This document shows, piece by piece, positions 19,492-28,636 of a stretch of 64,000 nt of DNA. A program made the translations under genes and the position numbers. This DNA comes from Gemmatimonadota bacterium (lineage in GTDB: Bacteria; Gemmatimonadota; Gemmatimonadetes; Gemmatimonadales; GWC2-71-9). The DNA is taken from NCBI GenBank assembly GCA_031375485.1, contig JANMHX010000025.1:35360-99359 (forward strand), read 5' to 3'. The notes beneath the pieces are model-generated. The model saw only the letters and a list, made by a program, of their open reading frames with translations, was not told where the DNA came from and made no database searches. Positions within the stretch are counted from its first letter, which is position 1, and each line of letters opens with the position of its first letter.

Positions 19492-22400
19492 CAGCGCTTC
19501 TCCTCGACCGGCGCCGGCACCACTGGATAGAGTCCCGCGTCAGCCAACCGGAGATAGAACGGCTTCAACTTGGCGAGGAACCCGTTGACCTCGGTGACCG
19601 CAGCCGGAACCTCGGTGGCCAGCGCACTCACCGTCTGACGATTCGCCTCGCTCGGTTTCACATGGGCCCCGCCGATGTCACCACCGGTCATCGACAGGCG
19701 GATCGGAAGCGCCCGGCGAAGCTCGGAGAAGTCCATACTGAACAGATCCTCGCCCGGCGTTCGGATCCCAAGCTTCCGCTTGAGGCCGCCCAACTCCTTG
19801 GTGAGCGAATCCATGGTCGCCTTGATCGGCGGCGGGACCTTGGTCGAATCCGGCAGGCCCTTCCGAATCGAGCCCAACTGGTCGTCGGCATCCCGCACGG
19901 CGTCGGTGGCGGCGGTCAGCGTCCGATTCAGACCGTGGAGCTGTTTCAACGCGTCGAACCGTTCTCGCAGATCGGCGTCCGCGATCTGCACCTCGGGATC
20001 GAGCCGGACCTGAACCGGACTCGAGGCCGCCTCCTTGCCGTTGGCGACCAGCACGGCCGTGTACGTACCCGGGAGCACCATCGGGCCTTCCCGCCCACCA
20101 CCAAAGAACGACGGCAGACCCGTGCCGGCTCGTTTGGAGGGTGGCAGCGGCTCGACTCGGAAGTCCCACACCGTCGCATTGATCCCCGAGGCGGCCTTAG
20201 TCTTGGCGCTGTCACCCTTCAGTTCCCGAACGATGGCGCCCGAGCCATCCTTGATCACGATCCGGACGCGGTCGGCTTTGGTCTTCAGATGGTAGGTGAT
20301 CGGCGCGCCAACCGGCGGATTCTCGCCCAAGAACCGCATGTCGCCTTCGAACTCCCGCATCCGATCCTCGGCCCGGACCCGCTCGACCGCCGGCTCGACC
20401 TCGAATACGTGGGCGTCCTTGGCCGCCGCCACGGAGTATTGCTGGAACGGCGTCAGATCATCGAGAATCCAAAGCGCCCGGCCGTGGGTCGCGAGGATCA
20501 TGTCGTTGTCGCGCGGGTGGAGGGTGATTTCATACACCGGCACCGTCGGGACATTCGCCTTGACGCGGACCCACGAGCGCCCCCGGTCCGTGGTGACGAA
20601 CAGCCCGTTCTCGGCACCGAGATAGAGCACGTCCGGATTCTTGAGGTCTTCGGTAATCGTCCGAACCACGACCCCTCCCGGCAGATTCGCGGCGATCGAC
20701 CGGAACGAACCACCGAAGTCGGTGCTGGCATAGACGTAGGTTCCGTAGTCACCGCTCCGGTGACCGTCGAAGGTCACATACACCGTTCCCTCGGCGAATT
20801 TCGACGGCTCGACCTTGGACACGTATGCCCACTTCGGGGCATTGGGAATCTTGGAGGTGACATTGGACCATAGAGCCCCGTCGTCGCGCGACACCGACAC
20901 CTGACCGTCATCGGACCCGGTATAGAGCAGCCCCTTCTTGAGCCGCGACTCGGCAATCGTGAACAGGGTGCCATAGACGGAGACACCGTCGTTCTTGGCG
21001 ATCTTAATATCTTTGCCCTTCATCCCCATCAGATCAACCGTATCCCGATCCAGGGCCAGCGTCAGATCGCCGCTCACGGCTTTCCACGAATGACCCCGGT
21101 CGGTCGTCTTGTAGAGTTTGTTGGCCCCCGCGTAGAGCGTGGCCGGATCGTGGGACGAGAGCATGAACGGGGTGTCCCAGTTCCATCGGAGCGGCTTCTC
21201 ACCTGGAGCCGCCTCGGGGCGGACACTCTTCCGCTCGTTGGTCGTCCGGTCGGTCCGAACGATGTTGCCGTCCTGCGATTCAGCGTAGATGATCTTGTGA
21301 TTGGTGGGATCGATCAGCCCGACGAATCCGTCCCCACCCTGGGCCACGAACCAATCATCGTTGGCGCTCCCGTCCTTGGAGCGGACCTGGCTCGGCCCGC
21401 ACCAGGTGTTGTTGTCCTGGAGCCCGCCGCAGATGTTGTATGGGGTTTGCATGTCGAACCCGACATGGTAGAACTGCCCGACCGGAATGTGCGGCAACCA
21501 CATCCACTTGGCGCCGCGGTCGTAGCTGACTCCGACGCCCCCGTCACCCCCGATCATCAGGTGCTCCGGATCGGACGGGTTGATCCACATCGCGTGATAG
21601 TCGACGTGGATCTTCTCGTCGAGCGACCGGAACGTCTTCCCCCCGTCGTCCGACACCAGTACGTTGAGGCCGGGAACGTAGACGCGGAGATCGTTTTTCG
21701 GATCGACTTTGATGACGCCGAAATACATCGGCCGGGGGTTGGTCGAGCCCATCTTCCGCCAGGTGGCCCCGGCATCGTCGGTCCGGTACACCCCGCCCTG
21801 GGTCGGGTGCTCGATCCGGGCATAGACGATGTTGGGGTTGGCCCGGTAAATGTCGAGCCCCGACCGGCCCAGCGACCCTTCCGGCAGCCCCTTCGTGAGC
21901 CTGGTCCAGGTCCGCCCGGCATCGGCGGTTTTCCAGAGCGCCGAGTTGGGCCCGCCGCCGTTCATACCCCAGGCGGTCCGGCGGCGCTGATAGGTGGCCG
22001 CGTACATCACCTTGTTGTTGGTGGGGTCCATGACGAGCTCGATCCCGCCGGCATCCGGCCCCGGGTCGAGCACCCGGGACCAGGAAATCCCGCCGTCGGC
22101 CGTCTTGTAGATGCCCCGTTCGCCTCCGGCTTTCCAGAGGTCGCCGAGTGCGGCCACGTAGACGACCTCGTGATCGACCGGATCCACGACGATCCGGGCA
22201 ATCTGCTTGGAATCCCGTAGACCCATGTGTTTCCACGACTTCCCGCCGTCCGTCGACTTGTAGATCCCGTCGCCCCACGAAGAGCTTTGGCGGTTGTTCG
22301 CCTCGCCGGTGCCGACCCAGACCAGGTTGGCGTCGGCCGGCGCGATGGCAATGGCACCCACCGACCCCGAGCCGCCTTCGTCAAACACGGGAGTGACAGT

Positions 22401-22601
22401 GATCCCGTTGTTGGTGGTCTTCCACACCCCGCCCGTGGCCGCGGCGACGTAGAAGGTCCGGGGATCGCGAGCCAGGACCGCAAAGTCATCGATTCGTCCG
22501 CTCGGCGTGGCCGGCCCGATGCTCCGGAACTTGAGACCGTCAAATTGGGCGGCGGCGGGCAGCGGCTGAACCAGCGCGAACAGCAAAAGAGCGTGGCGCA
22601 C
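19491..22601 (-). CDS. Sortilin/VPS10-like BNR (Asp-box) repeat protein, exported
   Basis: At least 10 Asp-boxes are present (STDGGKSW, TADGGISW, TADAGRTW, TDDAGATW, SDDGGKTF, TTDRGHSW and others). The GTG at 22601 is preceded by GGAG and gives the signal peptide (M)RHALLLFALVQPLPAAAQ. The longer ORF to 22997 would overlap msrB. Confidence 0.85.
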   Translation of the reverse strand: MRHALLLFALVQPLPAAAQFDGLKFRSIGPATPSGRIDDFAVLARDPRTFYVAAATGGVWKTTNNGITVTPVFDEGGSGSVGAIAIAPADANLVWVGTGEANNRQSSSWGDGIYKSTDGGKSWKHMGLRDSKQIARIVVDPVDHEVVYVAALGDLWKAGGERGIYKTADGGISWSRVLDPGPDAGGIELVMDPTNNKVMYAATYQRRRTAWGMNGGGPNSALWKTADAGRTWTRLTKGLPEGSLGRSGLDIYRANPNIVYARIEHPTQGGVYRTDDAGATWRKMGSTNPRPMYFGVIKVDPKNDLRVYVPGLNVLVSDDGGKTFRSLDEKIHVDYHAMWINPSDPEHLMIGGDGGVGVSYDRGAKWMWLPHIPVGQFYHVGFDMQTPYNICGGLQDNNTWCGPSQVRSKDGSANDDWFVAQGGDGFVGLIDPTNHKIIYAESQDGNIVRTDRTTNERKSVRPEAAPGEKPLRWNWDTPFMLSSHDPATLYAGANKLYKTTDRGHSWKAVSGDLTLALDRDTVDLMGMKGKDIKIAKNDGVSVYGTLFTIAESRLKKGLLYTGSDDGQVSVSRDDGALWSNVTSKIPNAPKWAYVSKVEPSKFAEGTVYVTFDGHRSGDYGTYVYASTDFGGSFRSIAANLPGGVVVRTITEDLKNPDVLYLGAENGLFVTTDRGRSWVRVKANVPTVPVYEITLHPRDNDMILATHGRALWILDDLTPFQQYSVAAAKDAHVFEVEPAVERVRAEDRMREFEGDMRFLGENPPVGAPITYHLKTKADRVRIVIKDGSGAIVRELKGDSAKTKAASGINATVWDFRVEPLPPSKRAGTGLPSFFGGGREGPMVLPGTYTAVLVANGKEAASSPVQVRLDPEVQIADADLRERFDALKQLHGLNRTLTAATDAVRDADDQLGSIRKGLPDSTKVPPPIKATMDSLTKELGGLKRKLGIRTPGEDLFSMDFSELRRALPIRLSMTGGDIGGAHVKPSEANRQTVSALATEVPAAVTEVNGFLAKLKPFYLRLADAGLYPVVPAPVEEKR

Positions 22602-22634
22602 GGGAAACTCCGGGGTAGGGATTATCTTTGGGGC

Positions 22635-23084
22635 ATGAAAGTCAAAATCTTCAATAATCAGAGCCAATTGGTCGCCGCTGAGACCGAGCCCGTCGTCAAG
22701 CCCGATACCCACTGGCGCGCCATGCTGAGCCCCGAGCAATACCAGATTGCCCGGGGTAAGGGAACCGAACGCCCCTTCTGCGGAACGCTCCTCGACAACA
22801 AACGGAAGGGATTTTACTCCTGCGTCTGTTGCGATCTCCCGATGTTTGCGTCCGACGCCAAGTTCGACTCCGGAACCGGCTGGCCCAGTTTCTTCCAGCC
22901 CGTCGCCCCGGAGAACATCAAGACCGTGGCCGACAAGAGCCATGGCATGGTCCGCACCGAAGTCCTCTGCGTCCGGTGCGACTGCCACCTGGGCCACGTC
23001 TTCACCGACGGGCCGGCGCCGACCAAACTCCGGTTCTGCATCAACTCCGAGTCGTTGGTCTTTACGGAGTTGCCGGGCCGGTAA
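22635..23084 (+). CDS. msrB: Peptide-methionine (R)-S-oxide reductase
   Basis: ATG at 22635. Two CxxC zinc motifs are present (CVCCDLPMF, CVRCDCHLGHVF), with GWPSF and the catalytic RFCINS. Confidence 0.9.
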   Translation: MKVKIFNNQSQLVAAETEPVVKPDTHWRAMLSPEQYQIARGKGTERPFCGTLLDNKRKGFYSCVCCDLPMFASDAKFDSGTGWPSFFQPVAPENIKTVADKSHGMVRTEVLCVRCDCHLGHVFTDGPAPTKLRFCINSESLVFTELPGR

Positions 23085-25116
23085 ATTTCTGGTACCAGCT
23101 CATCATGTAGAGCTGGGTCCGGATAAAATTGGACGGCTTCGACGAGGTCCCGTGGTACTCGCCGGAGAACCGGAGGAGCTCAGTCGGCACGTTGAGACGC
23201 TTCAACGCCGCGAAGAACTCCTCCGACTGCGGCATCGGAGTCCGGAGGTCGAGTTCGCCGGTCATCAGGAGCGTCGCCGTCTTGACGTTCTTGACGTACA
23301 TGATCGGTGAGGTCTTGAGCCACGGGGCCGGGTCTTCCCAGAACGGTTTGTCGTAGAAATTGTCGATGAAGAGCGGGACATCGGTCTGTCCCGCCATGCT
23401 CATCCAGTTGGTGACCGGGCACCGAACCGCCGCGGCCGCGAACCGGGTGGTGTGCCCGATGACCCAGCTCGACAAGACGCCACCGCCGCTGCAGCCACCC
23501 ACGTACATCCGGTTGGTGTCGATATACCCCCGGCCCACCACCGTATCGACCCCCGCCATCAAATCGTCATAGTCGACGCCGGGGTACTGCCGCTCGATGG
23601 CGTTCCCGAAGGCGGTGCCGTAGCCGGTGCTGCCCCGCGGATTGGTGAACAGCACCACGTTGCCGTTGGCGGCGAAGTTCTGATACATGTAGCTGAACCC
23701 CACGCCGTACATCCCGTGCGGGCCGCCGTGAATTTCCATGATCAGCGGATATTTCCGGCTCCGGTTGAAATTCGGCGGCTTGACGATCCAGCCCTGGACC
23801 TTGGTACCGCTGGTCGAGGTGTACCAGATCTCCTCGGTGTCGCCGAGCTTGATGTTCTGGAGGACATCGCCGTTGACGTCGGTGAGCTTGGTCACCTCGG
23901 CGGGCCGGGCCACCGGGAACCGAATGATGTCGCCCGGCTCCTTCGGCCCGCTCTTGGTGCCGACCGCGACCCCGGTGTTCGAGATCGAGCTCACGTCGAG
24001 CATGTGGTTGCCCGTCGTCAGTTGCCGATAGCCGCCTTTGACTGACGCGAAGTAGTAGTTGGCGGTGCCCCGATCCTGGATCCCGAAGTACACCCCGCTG
24101 CCGTCCGGCGCCCAGTTGAGGTCGCTCACGTCGCGGTCCAGATCGCCGGAGGCCAGCCGCTGGTTACTGCCGTCGATCCCCATGAAATAGAGTTCCGCGG
24201 TCTTGTAACTCTTCCGGCTCGAGTCAGCCCCGGCAAACGCCACGGTCTTCCCGTCCGGCGACACCACGGGATTGGCCCAACTTCCGGGCCTCGTCGTCAA
24301 GGTCCGAATCGTTCCGGTCCCCACGTCGACGAGGTGAACCCCCGAGTTCCGGTAGTTCTTGTCGGCGTTCGCCTGCCGGTGACCGTCGAACAGGATGCCC
24401 TTGCTGTCCGGCGTCCAGCTATACCCGGCGCCGCCGACCAGTTGGTCGAACCGGGACCCGACGTTGAACTCGCCCTTGGTGATCTGGCGCGGCGTCCCGC
24501 CGTCGGCGGGCACCACGAAGAGTTGGACGTAGGACAGATCCATGAACCCGGCCCGGTCCTGGCGGTAGTGGAGCTCGGTCACCCGCCGCGGAGCCGGGGT
24601 CCACTTGGCGCCCGCCGGCGCCGCCGGCATGCTGATGGCCCAGGGCCGCTCGAACTTGACGCCCATCGTGAAGGAGAGCCACTTCCCATCCGGCGACCAC
24701 GCCAACGCCCCCGGCGCTTCCGTCAACCGGGTGATCTGCGACACTGCCCCCTCCGCGTCCATCCAGCGAACGAAGATCTGCGGTTTCCCATCGGCCTCGG
24801 CGATGTAGGCGATCCGGGTCCCGTCCGGCGACCAGCGCGCCGCGCCACCCTTCAGGAGGAAGCGCTGCTTGGTGCCGTCGGCGCCCATGATCCAGAGCGC
24901 GGAGTCGAATCGATCCTCCATGACATTGACCCACCGGCGGTTGTACACAATCTGGGTGCCGTCGGGCGAGATCTGCGGGTCGGCGACGTTCTCCCAATTG
25001 AGAAAGTGCTGAACGGTGAGCAGGGTGTCGGAGGGCGTCTCCTGAGCGGAGGCGATGGGGGCGGCGAAGGCTACGAGCGAGACCACCCCGGCAACGGCGA
25101 GTCGAATGCGAATCAT
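23062..25116 (-). CDS. S9 family peptidase (acylaminoacyl/prolyl oligopeptidase-like), exported
   Basis: Signal peptide MIRIRLAVAGVVSLVAFAAPIASAQ. Repeated WSPDG propeller motifs are present. The nucleophile context is GGCSGGG. Confidence 0.9.
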   Translation of the reverse strand: MIRIRLAVAGVVSLVAFAAPIASAQETPSDTLLTVQHFLNWENVADPQISPDGTQIVYNRRWVNVMEDRFDSALWIMGADGTKQRFLLKGGAARWSPDGTRIAYIAEADGKPQIFVRWMDAEGAVSQITRLTEAPGALAWSPDGKWLSFTMGVKFERPWAISMPAAPAGAKWTPAPRRVTELHYRQDRAGFMDLSYVQLFVVPADGGTPRQITKGEFNVGSRFDQLVGGAGYSWTPDSKGILFDGHRQANADKNYRNSGVHLVDVGTGTIRTLTTRPGSWANPVVSPDGKTVAFAGADSSRKSYKTAELYFMGIDGSNQRLASGDLDRDVSDLNWAPDGSGVYFGIQDRGTANYYFASVKGGYRQLTTGNHMLDVSSISNTGVAVGTKSGPKEPGDIIRFPVARPAEVTKLTDVNGDVLQNIKLGDTEEIWYTSTSGTKVQGWIVKPPNFNRSRKYPLIMEIHGGPHGMYGVGFSYMYQNFAANGNVVLFTNPRGSTGYGTAFGNAIERQYPGVDYDDLMAGVDTVVGRGYIDTNRMYVGGCSGGGVLSSWVIGHTTRFAAAAVRCPVTNWMSMAGQTDVPLFIDNFYDKPFWEDPAPWLKTSPIMYVKNVKTATLLMTGELDLRTPMPQSEEFFAALKRLNVPTELLRFSGEYHGTSSKPSNFIRTQLYMMSWYQKFTGPATP

Positions 25117-25207
25117 GGATTCTCCTAGAGGGCAGCGGCGAGACTGTATACAATATACTCCGCCCTGACGGGTTCGTTACCCTCCACCGTTATCTTCGCG
25201 GTCTCTC

Positions 25208-25864
25208 ATGAGTGAATTCAGCCAGCGGGTGCTCGCCGAAACGTTGGGGACCGCCGTCCTGCTGACGGCGGTCGTCGGATCCGGCATCATGGCCGAGCGG
25301 CTCGCCGGTGGCAACGATGCCATCGCGTTGCTGGCGAATTCCATTGCCACCGGGGCCACATTGGTCTGCCTCATTCTGGCGCTGGGGCCGGTTTCCGGGG
25401 CGCACTTCAATCCGGCAGTCACGGTCGTCGCCGCGGCGCACGGTGACCTCCCATGGCGCGAGGCGTGGCGATACATCTTGGGCCAGTTGATTGGAGCCGG
25501 GCTCGGTGTGGTCGTCGCCAATCTGATGTTCGGTCTGGATCCAGTATCGCTGTCTACCCACATCCGAACCGGGCCGCACCTCTGGCTCAGCGAGGCGATC
25601 GCCACGGCCGGCCTGCTGGCCGTCATCCTCCTGGTCGCTCGGCAGCGTGCCGACGCGGTTCCCATGGCCGTGGGCTGCTACATCACCGGAGCCTACTGGT
25701 TCACCTCATCGACCTCGTTCGCGAATCCCGCTGTCACCATTGCCCGAACCATGACCGATACGTTCGCTGGAATCCGGCCCGATGACGTAGCCGGATTCAT
25801 TCTCGCCCAATCAGCTGCGGTCGCGATCGTCATCGTCGCCCGCCGAAGGCTCGGCCGCCCATGA
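25208..25864 (+). CDS. MIP family aquaporin/aquaglyceroporin (AqpS-like)
   Basis: Two NPA boxes are present (HFNPAVT, ANPAVTIAR) with six TM helices. It has an ATGA overlap with arsC. Confidence 0.9.
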   Translation: MSEFSQRVLAETLGTAVLLTAVVGSGIMAERLAGGNDAIALLANSIATGATLVCLILALGPVSGAHFNPAVTVVAAAHGDLPWREAWRYILGQLIGAGLGVVVANLMFGLDPVSLSTHIRTGPHLWLSEAIATAGLLAVILLVARQRADAVPMAVGCYITGAYWFTSSTSFANPAVTIARTMTDTFAGIRPDDVAGFILAQSAAVAIVIVARRRLGRP

Positions 25865-26262
25865 CCGCCACCGTCCTGTTTGCTTGCGTCCACAATGCCG
25901 GCCGTTCTCAAATGGCCGCCGCCTGGCTCAACCACCTGGCCAACCCGGCCAAGGCCCGGGCGATCTCCGCCGGTACCGCTCCGGGCAAAGCCGTGCATCC
26001 CGAAACCATCACCATCATGCGCGAAGTCGGGATTGACCTCTCAGAGGCAACGCCGCAGTTTCTGTCTGCCGAGCTCGCCGCAACCGCCGGATACTTGGTT
26101 ACCATGGGCTGTGGCGATGAGTGCCCGGTGGTACCAGGGGCCGTCCGGGCCGACTGGCCCCTACCCGACCCCAAGGGCCAGCCACTCGAAGCCGTTCGGG
26201 CCATTCGCGACGAGATTCGACGGCGGGTCGAAACCATGATCGCGGCCAACGGCTGGACATAA
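25861..26262 (+). CDS. arsC: Arsenate reductase, LMW-PTP (thioredoxin-coupled) type
   Basis: The P-loop is CVHNAGRS (CX5R-S). A downstream Cys pair lies in GCGDECP. Confidence 0.9.
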   Translation: MTATVLFACVHNAGRSQMAAAWLNHLANPAKARAISAGTAPGKAVHPETITIMREVGIDLSEATPQFLSAELAATAGYLVTMGCGDECPVVPGAVRADWPLPDPKGQPLEAVRAIRDEIRRRVETMIAANGWT

Positions 26263-26283
26263 CCTCTTCGAAGGCCCAACCAC

Positions 26284-27318
26284 ATGATGAGAGCGACGAT
26301 GCTGGCGGCGACTCTACTTGGTACCACAGCCTGCGCCAAGCCGGCCGGACAACCGGAGGCTACGAAATCCATGTACCACGACAACACCGGACGAGACGAC
26401 ATCCTGACCGGCGGGGTCAAGATGATCCCGATCACGACCCCCAAGGGAACGTTCAAGGTCTGGACCAAACGGGTCGGCAACAACCCCACGATCAAGGTCC
26501 TGCTGCTCCACGGGGGCCCCGGCTTCACCCACGAATACTTCGAAGCCTTCGACAGCTTCTTCCCGGGCGCCGGGATCGAGTACTACTACTACGATCAACT
26601 CGGCTCCTACTACAGCGACCAGCCGAACGAACCCGATCTCTGGGACCTGCCCCGGTTCGTCGAGGAAGTCGAGCAGGTTCGGGTCGCGCTCGGCCTCAAC
26701 AAAGACAACTTCTATCTCTTGGGACAGTCGTGGGGCGGGCTCCTCGCCATCGAGTACGCCCTCAAGTACCAGCAGAACCTGAAGGGCCTGATCATCTCGA
26801 ACATGATGTCGAGCATTCCGGCCTATGTCTCGTACGCCGAAAACGTCCTGATGCCAGCCATGGACCCGAAGGTCCTCGCCGAGGTCAAGGCGCTCGAGGC
26901 CAAGAAGGACTACGCCAACCCCCGGTATATGGAGTTGCTGATTCCGAACCACTATCAGCAGCACATTCTCCGGATGCCGCCCGACCAATGGCCCGACCCG
27001 GTGAACCGGGCGTTCAAACACGTGAATCAGGCCGTTTATATCCCGATGCAGGGCCCAAGCGAACTCGGCGCGAGCGGCAAGCTGGAGAAGTGGGACCGGA
27101 GTGCCGACCTGGGCCGGATCGCAGTGCCCACCTTGGTGATCGGCGCCATCCATGACTCCATGGACCCCAAGCATATGAAGTGGATGTCGGAGCAGTTCCC
27201 GAAGGGGCGGTATCTCGAATGTCCGAACGGGAGCCACATGGCGATGTACGACGACCAGCAAACGTACTTTCCGGGCCTGATCCAGTTCATCACCGAAGTG
27301 AACGAAGGGAAACCCTGA
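26284..27318 (+). CDS. Proline iminopeptidase-family alpha/beta hydrolase (S33), lipoprotein
   Basis: Lipobox in MMRATMLAATLLGTTAC. The HGGPG oxyanion motif and the GQSWGG nucleophile motif are present. Confidence 0.85.
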   Translation: MMRATMLAATLLGTTACAKPAGQPEATKSMYHDNTGRDDILTGGVKMIPITTPKGTFKVWTKRVGNNPTIKVLLLHGGPGFTHEYFEAFDSFFPGAGIEYYYYDQLGSYYSDQPNEPDLWDLPRFVEEVEQVRVALGLNKDNFYLLGQSWGGLLAIEYALKYQQNLKGLIISNMMSSIPAYVSYAENVLMPAMDPKVLAEVKALEAKKDYANPRYMELLIPNHYQQHILRMPPDQWPDPVNRAFKHVNQAVYIPMQGPSELGASGKLEKWDRSADLGRIAVPTLVIGAIHDSMDPKHMKWMSEQFPKGRYLECPNGSHMAMYDDQQTYFPGLIQFITEVNEGKP

Positions 27319-27319
27319 G

Positions 27320-27691
27320 ATGGCAATGATCCGAGGACTTCGGACCGTGTCGTATCCCGCCCCCGATCTCGCGAAGGGCAAGGCGTGGTACAGCAAGGTG
27401 CTCGAGCAGGAGCCGTACTTCGACGAGCCGTTCTACGTCGGCTACAATGTGGGCGGATTCGAATTGGGATTGGTGCCTGACGCCAAGCCGGGACCCGACG
27501 GGCCGATCGGGTTCTGGGCGGTGGACGACTGCGCCGCCGCCTTGCAACGGCTCGTCGACTTGGGCGCCCCGGTTGTGGCGGGGGTGACGGACGTCGGCGG
27601 CAGCATCAAGGTCGCCACCGTGCTCGACCCCTTCGGCAACACGTTCGGCGTCATCGAGAATCCCCATTTCAACCTGACCGAGGTCCGGTAG
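27320..27691 (+). CDS. VOC (glyoxalase/bleomycin-resistance) family protein
   Basis: 123 aa. The N-terminus is LRTVSYPAPDLAKGKAWYSKVL and the C-terminus is DPFGNTFGVIENPHF, both typical of VOC folds. It starts 1 bp after the upstream stop. Confidence 0.8.
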   Translation: MAMIRGLRTVSYPAPDLAKGKAWYSKVLEQEPYFDEPFYVGYNVGGFELGLVPDAKPGPDGPIGFWAVDDCAAALQRLVDLGAPVVAGVTDVGGSIKVATVLDPFGNTFGVIENPHFNLTEVR

Positions 27692-27707
27692 CACCTCGGA
27701 GTTGGCC

Positions 27708-28607
27708 ATGGAATACCCGTTTTATACCTGCGACGTGTTTACCGATGCCCGGTTCGGCGGCAACCAGCTGGCGGTCTTTCCTCGCGCCGCCGGCTTACGC
27801 GATGGCCAGATGCAGCAGATCGCGCGGGAATTCAACTTCGCGGAGACCTCGTTCGTGCTGCCGCCGGAGTCGGGACATACCCGCCGAGTCCGGATCTTCA
27901 CGCCAACCCGGGAAGTCCCCTTCGCGGGCCACCCGAATATCGGCACGGCCGCCATGCTCGCGGCACACGGCGAGCTTGGGGCGGTCGGGGCCCGTCTCGA
28001 GATCGTCTTCGAGGAGCTCGCGGGACTCGTAGCGGTCACGATCGAACCCCGAGCCGGCGGGCGGTTTTGGTGTGAACTGGCGGCGCCGGAGCCGCTGTCA
28101 CTTGGCCCGCCGGTACCGGTCGCGGCGGTGGCCCGCGCGGCTTCACTCGCGGATGGCGACATCGTCACCACGACGCACGAGCCCCGGGCCGGATCGGTGG
28201 GACTCGCCTTCCTGCTCGCGGAAGTTCAGAACCGGGCCGCCCTCGAGCGAGCCCGGCCGGACATCACGGCGCTCGACCGGCTGGCCGGCCCGGAGTTCGG
28301 GCAGCCGTATCTCCACCTGTATGCTCGAACCAGCGACGGGTTCGACCTCCGAACCCGGCAATTCTCGTCCGGCGACCCGATGTTGGAAGATGCGGCCACC
28401 GGCAGCGCCAACGCGGCCTTGGCCGGCCTCCTGGCTCACTACGATCCGGAAACCAACGGAACGTTTCGCTGGCGAATCGCGCAGGGCGTGGAGATGGGAC
28501 GACCGAGCGTTTTGGAAGCGCGGGCGGACAAACGGGGGGACCACGTCACCGCCGTGTGGATCGCCGGCGAAACCGTGGCGATGACCACGGGTCTCTTCGC
28601 CCTCTGA
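27708..28607 (+). CDS. PhzF family isomerase
   Basis: ATG at 27708 is preceded by GGAG. MEYPFYTCDVFTDARFGGNQLAVF and FAETSFV are PhzF hallmarks. Confidence 0.85.
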   Translation: MEYPFYTCDVFTDARFGGNQLAVFPRAAGLRDGQMQQIAREFNFAETSFVLPPESGHTRRVRIFTPTREVPFAGHPNIGTAAMLAAHGELGAVGARLEIVFEELAGLVAVTIEPRAGGRFWCELAAPEPLSLGPPVPVAAVARAASLADGDIVTTTHEPRAGSVGLAFLLAEVQNRAALERARPDITALDRLAGPEFGQPYLHLYARTSDGFDLRTRQFSSGDPMLEDAATGSANAALAGLLAHYDPETNGTFRWRIAQGVEMGRPSVLEARADKRGDHVTAVWIAGETVAMTTGLFAL

Positions 28608-28622
28608 GCGGACGAAGAGACC
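28590..28622. terminator. Candidate bidirectional hairpin between convergent genes
   Basis: A perfect 10-bp stem (GGTCTCTTCG / CGAAGAGACC) encloses a 13-nt loop containing the PhzF stop codon. No clear U-tract follows. Confidence 0.3.
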
Positions 28623-28636
28623 CCGGTCGGCGTGCT

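Noticed and set aside
22602-22997. A 132-codon N-terminal extension of the BNR ORF. Analogous extensions are at 5809..6183 for the ABC ATPase, 2126..2245 for the LVIVD gene and 12756..12812 for the M81 gene.
   Set aside because: The extensions overlap divergent or upstream genes and lack protein-like sequence. Internal starts give proper signal peptides or family-typical N-termini and tidy junctions.
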